NCBI GenBank assembly: GCA_964291285.2
Contig: OZ219785.1
Span: 800,001-864,000, forward strand
Reading direction: 5' to 3'
DNA length: 64,000 nucleotides
Origin: Alphaproteobacteria bacterium
Lineage (GTDB): Bacteria > Pseudomonadota > Alphaproteobacteria > Bin95
Below, piece after piece: positions 53,992 to 64,000 of the stretch. Below the pieces are notes generated by a model, which was not told where the DNA came from, searched no databases, and saw only the letters and a program-made list of their open reading frames with translations. The translations under genes were made by a program, and so were the position numbers. How positions within the stretch are numbered: position 1 is the first letter of the stretch; every line of letters begins with the position of its first letter.

Positions 53992-56730
53992 TTACGACCC
54001 GCCTTCCCCCACAAAGCCGCTGACGATCCCGCAAGCCTCCGCCAGCCCGACGCGCTCCAGCGCCACGCCTTCGGGGAAGGCGGCGGCGAGGCGGGACGGC
54101 ATCCTCGGGTCTAGGAGCACGAAGACGCCCCTGTCGTCGCGGCGGCGCACCAGGCGGCCGAAGGCCTGCCGGAGCCGGAGGCGGGTGAGCATGTCGTCGT
54201 AGCCGGCGCCGAAATGCGCGCGCCTTGCCTTGTGCAGGATGGTCGGCCTCGGCCAGGGTACGCGGTCGAACGCGATCAGGCGGAGCGCGCGGCCCGGCAC
54301 GTCCACGCCGTCGCGCACCGCGTCCGTGCCGAGCAGGCAGGAATCGGGCTCGGCGCGGAAGATGTCGATCAGCGTCGCGACGTCCATCCGGTCCACATGC
54401 TGGGCGATCAGCGGGATGCCGGCCGCGTCCAGCGGCGCCGCCAGCAGCCCGTGCACGGCGCGCAGCCTCGCCACCGCCGTGAACAGGCCGAGCGCGCCGC
54501 CGCCCGCCGCCAGGAACAGGCCGCGATAAGCCGCCGCCACCTGCGCGGCCGAGTCCCGGCGCACATCAGTCACGACCAGCGCGCGCGTCTGGGCCGGATA
54601 GTCGAAGGGCGAGGGCGCGGCGGCGCGCACGGCGGGGGCGGCAAGGTGCCCGGCCCCGGTGCGTATTTCCGCCGCCTGCCAGGCTTCCTCCGGCTCGCGC
54701 GCATTGTCCCGCAATGTCGCGGAGGTGACGAGCAGGCCGTGGGCGGGTTCCGCCACCTCGGCGGCGAAGGGCGCGGTCGGGTCGATCCAGCGGCGGTGCA
54801 TGCCGACATCGCGCTCGCGGCCCTGCGCGCGCTCCAGCCCGAACCAGTCCACGAACGCCTCCGGCGGCTCGGCGTCGAGCGCCTCCAGCATGGCCGACCA
54901 GGCCGCAAGCTGCATTTCGGCGCGGCGGTGGAGGCTGCGCGCCAGCGCCTCGATGCGGATGCGTTCGCGGCTCTCGAGGTCTTCGGCCTCGTCCGCCAGC
55001 CGGGCCAGCAGCGCGCGGCGCAGCACGGCGAGCGGTTTGCGCAGCGCTTCCAGCGCGCCGCCGAGGGCGCGGGCGGCCTCGACCAGCCCCTCGACCGGCG
55101 GGCGGCACTCGCATTCGATGCCGTAAGCGCCGTTTGCGCGCCCGGCCGCCCGGGCCAGCACTTGCTGGCGGACGATGGCGAGAAAGCGTTCCACCGCCCC
55201 CTGCGGCGCGCCCGCGGCGAGGCGGCCGAGCCAGCCCTCGGCCGGAAGCGCGGTCGCCGCCCGGCCGGCTTCAGCCAGTGCTTGCGCCGCCTCGCCCCCG
55301 TCCGGCACCAGGTCCTCCGCCCGGCGTTTGAGCCCCCTTGCGCGCGAGCCGCCGCCTTCCGCCCCCAGCAGCCAGCGGCGCAGTTCCGCCGTCTCCAGCC
55401 CGGAGAGCTCGGCCGAGAAGGCGCTGTCGGCCGCGTCGAAGAGGTGGTGGCCCTCGTCGAAGACATAGCGGGTCGGCAGCCAGGCATCGTCGAGCCCGCC
55501 CAGCGCCGCCTGCACCATGACGAGCGCATGGTTGGCGATGACGAGGTCCGCGCGCCGCGCCCGCCTGATGCCGCGCTCGATGAAGCAGCGCTGGTAGTGG
55601 CCGCAGGCGGAATAGAGGCATTCGCCCCGCCGGTCGCCGAGCCCGCGTATGCGCGCCGCCCCCTCCAGGTCCGGAAGCCAGGAGGGGAAGTCGCCGCCGG
55701 TCATGTCGCCGTCGCGGGTCGCGTCCGCCCAGCGCGCGGCGAGCGCGAGCGGCACGGTCTCGTTCGGCGTCAGCCGGGCCGTCCGCACGGCTTCCTCGAG
55801 GTTGAGCAGGCAGAGATAGTTCTCGCGGCCCTTGCGCAGCACGACGCGGCGGCGCTTGGCGGCCGGGTCGGGGATCAGCCGGTCGAGCTCGCCGTCGATC
55901 TGGTGCTGGAGGTTGCGGGTGTAGGTCGAGACCCAGACGGGCGCCTCGTTCGCTTCCGCCCAGAGGCTCGCCGGCGCAAGGTAGCCGAGCGTCTTGCCGA
56001 CCCCGGTGCCGGCCTCGGCCACCACCATATGCGGCTCGCCGGCCCGCTCGCGCGGCTGGAAGGCGCCCGTGGCGGCCGAGGCGTAATCCGCCTGGCCGGG
56101 CCGGTCCTCGGCACCGGGCCCCAGCATGTCCGCGAGCCGGCGGCGGGCCTCCTCCGGCTCGACCGGGTGGTTGGAGGGCTGCGGCTCCGGCGCGAATTCG
56201 GCCCAGAGCGGCAGCCGGTCCCAGACGGCGAAACCGGCCCCGCCGGCCGGCCGGCGCTCCGATACGCCCAGCGCCGCCAGCACGAACGGCCCCCAGAGCC
56301 AGCCGGCCTCCGCCGCATCGCTCGCAAGGTCGGCCGCCGCGCCGCCCGGGTCCTCCATGCGGGCGAGCTCGGCGAGCAGCGCCCGCGCCGCGCCGAACAG
56401 CGTCTCCGCGGCGCGCTCCAGGGTCGCGGGGCGGGGCAGGCCGGCAGCGTCGGCGAGGCCGTTCGGCGTCGGCAGGCAGAATTGCGCCGGGCGCACGAAG
56501 GCGAACAGCTCCAGCAGGTCGTAGGTGCGGAAGGGCCGCGCGTCGGCGTCCAGCCGCCGGGAGGTCGCCGGCCCGTGCACCGCCAGCGGCGGCCGGCCGC
56601 GGGCGCGCACCGCCGCCGCCGTGGGCGCAAGCGTCTCGACCGCGCCGTCCGGCTCCAGCCAGACGGCCCGCGCCGGGCTCGCGACCAGGACGGGCGCGCG
56701 CGGCATGACGATGCTTCTCTCCGACGCCAT
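53992..56730 (-). CDS. DinG/YoaA-family ATP-dependent DNA helicase
   Basis: [50 protein letters not shown]. Confidence 0.93.
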   Translation of the reverse strand: MASERSIVMPRAPVLVASPARAVWLEPDGAVETLAPTAAAVRARGRPPLAVHGPATSRRLDADARPFRTYDLLELFAFVRPAQFCLPTPNGLADAAGLPRPATLERAAETLFGAARALLAELARMEDPGGAAADLASDAAEAGWLWGPFVLAALGVSERRPAGGAGFAVWDRLPLWAEFAPEPQPSNHPVEPEEARRRLADMLGPGAEDRPGQADYASAATGAFQPRERAGEPHMVVAEAGTGVGKTLGYLAPASLWAEANEAPVWVSTYTRNLQHQIDGELDRLIPDPAAKRRRVVLRKGRENYLCLLNLEEAVRTARLTPNETVPLALAARWADATRDGDMTGGDFPSWLPDLEGAARIRGLGDRRGECLYSACGHYQRCFIERGIRRARRADLVIANHALVMVQAALGGLDDAWLPTRYVFDEGHHLFDAADSAFSAELSGLETAELRRWLLGAEGGGSRARGLKRRAEDLVPDGGEAAQALAEAGRAATALPAEGWLGRLAAGAPQGAVERFLAIVRQQVLARAAGRANGAYGIECECRPPVEGLVEAARALGGALEALRKPLAVLRRALLARLADEAEDLESRERIRIEALARSLHRRAEMQLAAWSAMLEALDAEPPEAFVDWFGLERAQGRERDVGMHRRWIDPTAPFAAEVAEPAHGLLVTSATLRDNAREPEEAWQAAEIRTGAGHLAAPAVRAAAPSPFDYPAQTRALVVTDVRRDSAAQVAAAYRGLFLAAGGGALGLFTAVARLRAVHGLLAAPLDAAGIPLIAQHVDRMDVATLIDIFRAEPDSCLLGTDAVRDGVDVPGRALRLIAFDRVPWPRPTILHKARRAHFGAGYDDMLTRLRLRQAFGRLVRRRDDRGVFVLLDPRMPSRLAAAFPEGVALERVGLAEACGIVSGFVGEGGS

Positions 56731-56859
56731 GCCGGGTTTGTAGAGCGGTTCCGCGAAAGAGCGAAACGGGGCCGGCGGCGCAATTCCCTTGCATGCCGGC
56801 CGCCGACGGCGCATCTTCCTCCCCGACAACGGCACTGCGCCAGCGGGGAGAGCCGGCTC

Positions 56860-57123
56860 TTGAGCCCCGAACTCATCGCCATACTGGGCGTCGGCATTGC
56901 GCTCGCCGGCCTGATTCTGCGGCTGAACGCGCGTATCGACCGCGTGGAGAGCAATCTGAACGCGCGCATCGACCGCGTGGAGAGCAGTCTGAACGCGCGC
57001 ATCGACGGCATCCAGGCGGAGTTGCGGGAGGTGCGGGACCGGCTTGCCCGGCTCGAAGGCAAAGTCGATATCCTGCGCGACTACATCATGCGCCGCAACG
57101 ACCCCGCCCCGGCCGCCGAATAA
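56860..57123 (+). CDS. Small membrane-anchored coiled-coil protein with 11-aa repeats
   Basis: TTG start after GGGGAG; hydrophobic [17 protein letters not shown], then ([11 protein letters not shown]) 33-bp repeats and LARLEGKVD. Confidence 0.75.
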   Translation: MSPELIAILGVGIALAGLILRLNARIDRVESNLNARIDRVESSLNARIDGIQAELREVRDRLARLEGKVDILRDYIMRRNDPAPAAE

Positions 57124-57155
57124 CGGACACGCCCTTGTCCGGCACGCGCCCGCCG

Positions 57156-58727
57156 ATGCCCAATAGTGCTGCAAGCTCTGCCCGCGCCTGGCCGTTCGAG
57201 GAAGCGCGCAAGCTGCTGGCGCGGCTCGGCGGCGCCACGCCGGACAAGGGCTATGCGCTGTTCGAGACGGGTTACGGCCCCTCCGGCCTGCCGCATATCG
57301 GCACCTTCGGCGAGGTGGCGCGCACGGCCATGGTGCGCCGCGCCTTCGCCGAGCTCTCCGATCTGCCCACCCGGCTCTTCGCCTTCTCCGACGATATGGA
57401 CGGCCTGCGCCGGGTGCCCGACAATGTGCCGAACGGCGAAGCGCTCGAGGCCCATCTCGGCAAGCCGCTGACCTCGGTGCCCGACCCCTTCGGCACGCAT
57501 GAGAGCTTCGGTGCGCACAACAACGCCCGGCTCCGGGCCTTCCTCGACCGGTTCGGCTTCGACTACGAGTTCGTCAGCGCGACCGAGTGCTACCGTTCCG
57601 GCCGGTTCGACGAGGTGCTGCTCGGCGTGCTGCGGGCCTATGAGAAGGTGATGGAGATCGTGCTGCCGACGCTCGGGCCGGAGCGCCGGGAGACCTACAG
57701 CCCCTTCCTGCCGGTGTGCCCGAAGACGGGTGTCGTGCTGCAGGTGCCCATCCTGCACCGCGACCCGGACGCCGGCACCGTCGTCTATGAAGACGGGAGC
57801 GGCGCGCGGGTCGAACAGCCGGTCACCGGCGGCGGGTGCAAGCTGCAATGGAAGGCCGACTGGGCGATGCGCTGGCGGGCGCTCGACGTGGACTACGAGA
57901 TGGCCGGCAAGGACCTGATCGACTCCGTCCGCCTTTCGGGGCGCATCTGCCGGGCGCTCGGCGGCCGGCCGCCGGAGGGCTTCATCTACGAGCTCTTCCT
58001 CGACGAGCGCGGCGAGAAGATTTCCAAGTCCCGGGGCAACGGCCTCTCCATCGAGGAGTGGCTGACCTACGCGCCGGAGGAGAGCCTGGCGCTCTTCATG
58101 TTCCAGAAGCCGAAGGCGGCGAAGCGGCTCTATTTCGACGTGATCCCGCGCGCGGTGGACGACTACCGCGCCTTCCTCGCCCGCGCCGCGGGCGAGGAAG
58201 AGGAGAAGCGGCTGGAGAACCCCGCCTGGCACATCCATGACGGCGCGCCGCCGCCGCCGGAGGAGGGCATTTCCTTCTCGCTGCTGCTCAACCTGGCGGC
58301 GGCCAGCGACGCGCGGGACAAGGACACGCTCTGGGGCTTCATCTCGCGCTACGACCCGGAGGCCTCGCCCGAGACGCGGCCGCAACTGGACCGGCTGGCG
58401 GATTTCGCCGTCGCCTACTGCTGCGATTTCGTCGCCCCGCAGAAGGTCTGGCGCGACCCGGACGCAAAGGAGGCGGCAGCGCTGGCGGACCTCGCCGACC
58501 GGCTGGCGGCGCTGCCGCGCGATGCCGGCGGGGAGACCGTGCAGGCCGAAGTCTATGCGGTCGGCAAGGCGCACGGCTTCGAACCGCTGCGGACCTGGTT
58601 CGCCGCCCTCTACGAAGTCCTGCTGGGGCGCAAGCAGGGGCCGCGCTTCGGCTCCTTCGCCGTGCTCTACGGCCTGGCGGAGACCGAGGCGATGATCCGG
58701 AGCGCGCTCGCCCGGACCGCCGTGTGA
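57156..58727 (+). CDS. lysS: Class I lysyl-tRNA synthetase
   Basis: [40 protein letters not shown]. Confidence 0.97.
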   Translation: MPNSAASSARAWPFEEARKLLARLGGATPDKGYALFETGYGPSGLPHIGTFGEVARTAMVRRAFAELSDLPTRLFAFSDDMDGLRRVPDNVPNGEALEAHLGKPLTSVPDPFGTHESFGAHNNARLRAFLDRFGFDYEFVSATECYRSGRFDEVLLGVLRAYEKVMEIVLPTLGPERRETYSPFLPVCPKTGVVLQVPILHRDPDAGTVVYEDGSGARVEQPVTGGGCKLQWKADWAMRWRALDVDYEMAGKDLIDSVRLSGRICRALGGRPPEGFIYELFLDERGEKISKSRGNGLSIEEWLTYAPEESLALFMFQKPKAAKRLYFDVIPRAVDDYRAFLARAAGEEEEKRLENPAWHIHDGAPPPPEEGISFSLLLNLAAASDARDKDTLWGFISRYDPEASPETRPQLDRLADFAVAYCCDFVAPQKVWRDPDAKEAAALADLADRLAALPRDAGGETVQAEVYAVGKAHGFEPLRTWFAALYEVLLGRKQGPRFGSFAVLYGLAETEAMIRSALARTAV

Positions 58728-58823
58728 GGCCCGTGCCTGCCGGTTGGTGTCGTCGCCGCAGCCCCTGCTGCCGGCATTCCATGAAAAATCTCCGGTGTTT
58801 TCTCTTTTTGTTTCCAAAAGAGC

Positions 58824-58851
58824 TTGACTCTGAGCGATCGCGTAGTATGCT
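58824..58851 (+). promoter_or_regulatory. Possible sigma70 promoter TTGACT-N16-TATGCT
   Basis: Good -35 and -10 matches preceded by an AT-rich tract. Confidence 0.4.
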
Positions 58852-58922
58852 GTCACTACAGGGCAGAGGCATCCGGAGCCGCTTCCCCGGATCCGAAAAA
58901 ATACCCGCAGAACCGACGGGAG

Positions 58923-61207
<2,285 letters not shown>

Positions 61208-61213
61208 CGCTTG

Positions 61214-61897
61214 TCAGAACGGAACGCCGAGGGCCTCGGAGAGGAAGCGGACGAAGGGGCCGCCGGCGCGAGCGATGCCGGCGAAGCGGTCGAGGAAGTC
61301 CGGTTCGACGGCGTCGGCCTCCGAAACCTCGGCGCGCGCGATGAAGTCCTTGCGCTTCAGGTCCCCGATCAGCGGGTGGCCGGCGTCGTAGCCGCGCGGC
61401 GGACGCTTGAGCGACTCGCCCATCAGCGCGAAGGTCTCGCAGAACGCGCTGCCCGTGGTCCGCCTCCACACCCGGGGCCGGGCGGCGATGGCCTCGCGGA
61501 TCTGCCCGACCGCCTCGCCGCCGGGGCGCCAGATGCCGCAGCCCGCGAAGCAACGGCCCGGCTCCAGATGCAGGTAGAAGCCGGGCGCATGCGCGTCCCT
61601 GCCGGCGGCATGGCGGAAATGCGCGCCGACATTGGTCTTGTAGGGCGTCTTGTCGCGCGCGAATCGGGTGTCGCGGTAGATGCGGAACAGCGAGCCGCCG
61701 TTCGCCCGCGGATCGGCGCGGAAATGCGGGCTGATCTCCGCCAGCGGCTCGCCGAAGGCGGCGATGAAATCCAGCATCGGCTCGCGCACGTCGGCGATGT
61801 AGCGCTCCCGGTTCGCCTCGAACCACGCCCGGTCATTGTTCTCCTTCAGCTCGCGCAGGAAATCGAACAGCGCGGGCGGGATTGCGGGCGCCGCCAC
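61214..61897 (-). CDS. DUF2461 (TIGR02453) family protein
   Basis: FLRELKENNDRAWFEANR, FRIYRDTRFARDKTPYK. Confidence 0.9.
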   Translation of the reverse strand: MAAPAIPPALFDFLRELKENNDRAWFEANRERYIADVREPMLDFIAAFGEPLAEISPHFRADPRANGGSLFRIYRDTRFARDKTPYKTNVGAHFRHAAGRDAHAPGFYLHLEPGRCFAGCGIWRPGGEAVGQIREAIAARPRVWRRTTGSAFCETFALMGESLKRPPRGYDAGHPLIGDLKRKDFIARAEVSEADAVEPDFLDRFAGIARAGGPFVRFLSEALGVPF

Positions 61898-61905
61898 CGT
61901 CCCGC

Positions 61906-62826
61906 CTACCCGTCCGCCTTCAGCACGGCGTCGATGGCGGCCTTGTCCACCTCGATCTCCACGCCGGCGCGCTCCTGCTGGAGGATGAGGAAGGCGCGGG
62001 AGTCGCGGTCGCCCCAGCCGCGGCCCAGCGCCTCGCTCATCTCGGCGCGGGTCATGTCGATGAGCCGCATCGGCACGCCCATGTCGCGGCCGAGTTCGGC
62101 GGCGAGCGACACGTCCTTGTGCGCGAGGCGCAGCGCGAAGTCGGGCGGGTCGTAGTCGTTGGGCAGGAAATGGTCCGCCAGGCTGTCGAAGCCGCGCTGG
62201 CGTCCGCGCACCCCCTGCCGGATCGCCTCCCAGAGCGCGAGCGGCTCGACCCCCGCCTTGACGCCGGCGGTGAACATCTCGACGACCGCGGCCTGCATCG
62301 CATAGGCGGAGGCGTTGTGGACGAGCTTGGTGACCGCGCCCGCGCCGAGCGGCCCGACATGGCGCACCTGGTCGCCCATGGCGTCGAGCGGGGCGCGGTT
62401 CGCCTCGAACGCGGCCTTGTCGCCGCCGACCAGCACGGCGAGCTTGCCGGACTGCGCCCCGCGCGGGCCGCCGCTCACCGGCGCGTCGAACAGCTCCGCG
62501 CCGATCTCCGCGAACGCCGGATGCAGGCGGCGGATCAGCACCGGCGAGTTGGTGGTGAGGTCGAACCAGACCTTGCCCCTGGCGAAGCCCGCCAGAAGCT
62601 CCGGCGCAATGGCCTCCACCTCGGGCGGCCCCGGCAGCGAGGTCAGCACCACGTCGGAGGCTTCCGCCACGGCGCGCGGGCTCTCGGCCCATGCCGCGCC
62701 CGCCGCCTCCAGCGCGCTCGCCGCCTGGCGGTTCAGGTCGTGGACGGCCATCTCGAAGCCCGCCCTGCGGATATTGAGCGCCATGGGGCCGCCCATGGTG
62801 CCGAGGCCGATGAATCCGATGCGCAT
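61906..62826 (-). CDS. NAD(P)-dependent 3-hydroxyisobutyrate dehydrogenase family oxidoreductase
   Basis: IGFIGLGTMGGPMA, DAPVSGG, KLVHN, FALRLAHKD. Confidence 0.92.
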   Translation of the reverse strand: MRIGFIGLGTMGGPMALNIRRAGFEMAVHDLNRQAASALEAAGAAWAESPRAVAEASDVVLTSLPGPPEVEAIAPELLAGFARGKVWFDLTTNSPVLIRRLHPAFAEIGAELFDAPVSGGPRGAQSGKLAVLVGGDKAAFEANRAPLDAMGDQVRHVGPLGAGAVTKLVHNASAYAMQAAVVEMFTAGVKAGVEPLALWEAIRQGVRGRQRGFDSLADHFLPNDYDPPDFALRLAHKDVSLAAELGRDMGVPMRLIDMTRAEMSEALGRGWGDRDSRAFLILQQERAGVEIEVDKAAIDAVLKADG

Positions 62827-62938
62827 GGTTCCCCTCCCGTCCGGCCGCCCTGTCCTCGGTCGCGGCCGCTGCGGCGCAGGATAGCGCCGGCCATCCCGGT
62901 TTCGTAGCCCTGGCCGGCGGCCGCCGGCGCGGGCGGGC

Positions 62939-64000
62939 TCAGATTTCCGCCGGCGGCTCGACGCCCGACGCGCGGAGTTCGGCGGCGAGCGCGGCCTTGA
63001 GGCGGGCCAGCCCGGCCTCGCCCGCCGCCGCATGGGCTTCGCAGCGCGCCACCAGCGCATCCTGCGTGTTGGAGGCGCGCAGCAGCCACCAGCCGTCTCC
63101 GGTGGCGACGCGCACGCCGTCGGTCGCGTTCACGTCCGCCCCGGCCGCGGCAAGCCGCCCGGCGACCTCGCCCGGCACGTCGAATTTGCGGGCCTCCGGG
63201 CAGGGGAAGCGCAGCTCCGGCGTGTTGATCCACACGGGCAGCGAGCGGCGGAATTCCGCCAGCGTCAGGCCGGAGCGCTCCAGCGCCCCCAGCAGCCGGA
63301 GCGCGGCGTAGAGGCCGTCGTCGAAGCCGTACCAGCGGTCGGCGAAGAAGATATGGCCGCTCATCTCGCCGGCGAGCGGCGTCCCGGTCTCGGCCATGCG
63401 GCTCTTGATGAGCGTGTGGCCGGTCTTCCACATTTCGGGCCGGCCGCCGGCCTCGGCGACGGCGTCGAACAGTGCCTGGCTCGCCTTCACGTCGGCGATG
63501 ACGCCCGCGCCCGGCCGCTCGGCAAGCAGGTCGCGGGCGAGCAGGATGAGCAGCTGGTCCGCCCAGAGCACTTCGCCTTCGCCGTCCACCGCGCCCAAGC
63601 GGTCGCCGTCGCCGTCGAGCGCAATGCCGAGGTCCAGCCCTTCGCGGCGCACCAGATCGACGAGCTGGACCAGGTTTTCCGGCACGGTCGGGTCCGGATG
63701 GTGGGCCGGGAAGGTCCCGTCGATTTCCTCGTTCAGCAGGAAATGTTCGCCCGGCAACAGCGTCGTGAGCCGCGCCATGACGCGCCCGGCCGATCCGTTG
63801 CCGGCGTCCCAGCCGACGCGCAGGCCCGGTCCTTCGCCGACCTCCTCCGCCAGCCGCGCGACATAGGCGTCCTCAACCGCCGCCCCGGCGACCGCGCCCC
63901 GCCCCTCAGTGAAGTCGGCGGCGGCGGCGAGCGGCCCGAGCGCCCGGATGCGCGCGCCGAAAAAGGCTTCGCCCGCCACCACCATCTTGAAGCCGTTGTA
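62939..64000 (-). CDS. Phosphomannomutase/phosphoglucomutase, 5' end outside the window
   Basis: YNGFK, DGDGDR, GEMSGH, RASNT. Confidence 0.93.
   Translation of the reverse strand, partial: YNGFKMVVAGEAFFGARIRALGPLAAAADFTEGRGAVAGAAVEDAYVARLAEEVGEGPGLRVGWDAGNGSAGRVMARLTTLLPGEHFLLNEEIDGTFPAHHPDPTVPENLVQLVDLVRREGLDLGIALDGDGDRLGAVDGEGEVLWADQLLILLARDLLAERPGAGVIADVKASQALFDAVAEAGGRPEMWKTGHTLIKSRMAETGTPLAGEMSGHIFFADRWYGFDDGLYAALRLLGALERSGLTLAEFRRSLPVWINTPELRFPCPEARKFDVPGEVAGRLAAAGADVNATDGVRVATGDGWWLLRASNTQDALVARCEAHAAAGEAGLARLKAALAAELRASGVEPPAEI

Noticed and set aside
56920-57010. 33-bp repeats as a CRISPR array
   Set aside because: Contiguous in-frame coding repeats with no spacers.

Overview
GC-rich alphaproteobacterial-type window. 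About 1-53.9 kb is a heavily rearranged accessory island and about 54-64 kb is core chromosome (DinG-family helicase, class I lysS, amidase, DUF2461, 3-hydroxyacid dehydrogenase, phosphomannomutase). The island carries surface-protein cargo: two porin copies, a TbpB-like lipoprotein with a SLAM/type XI exporter, several RTX Ca-binding proteins and two fibronectin-III autotransporters with poly-C tracts. Mobility genes include two tandem pairs of arm-type tyrosine integrases, a MOBF relaxase-helicase, three RHH proteins and many IS (IS1634, IS1182/IS5-like, IS5, IS1595, 2x IS1380, IS630, IS110). Main observations: (1) a cas-less array of four 28-bp repeats and three 33-bp spacers (exact 61-bp period) inside the relaxase CDS, built from the gene's own codons and in register with the type I-E repeat palindrome, i.e. 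a candidate natural neo-CRISPR; (2) an ~8.4-kb inversion whose two breakpoints split the relaxase and the SLAM gene, both restored in frame on re-inversion; (3) a lower-GC four-gene candidate defence operon (unknown, degenerate DUF2791-like, active DUF2791-like ATPase, SNF2 helicase); (4) an IS1595 carrying a DNA methyltransferase and HNH nuclease, with perfect 8-bp target duplication; (5) an IS110 whose bridge-RNA guides can be read against its own ends and target. All calls come from manual reading without database searches, and single-base frameshifts could be sequencing errors.
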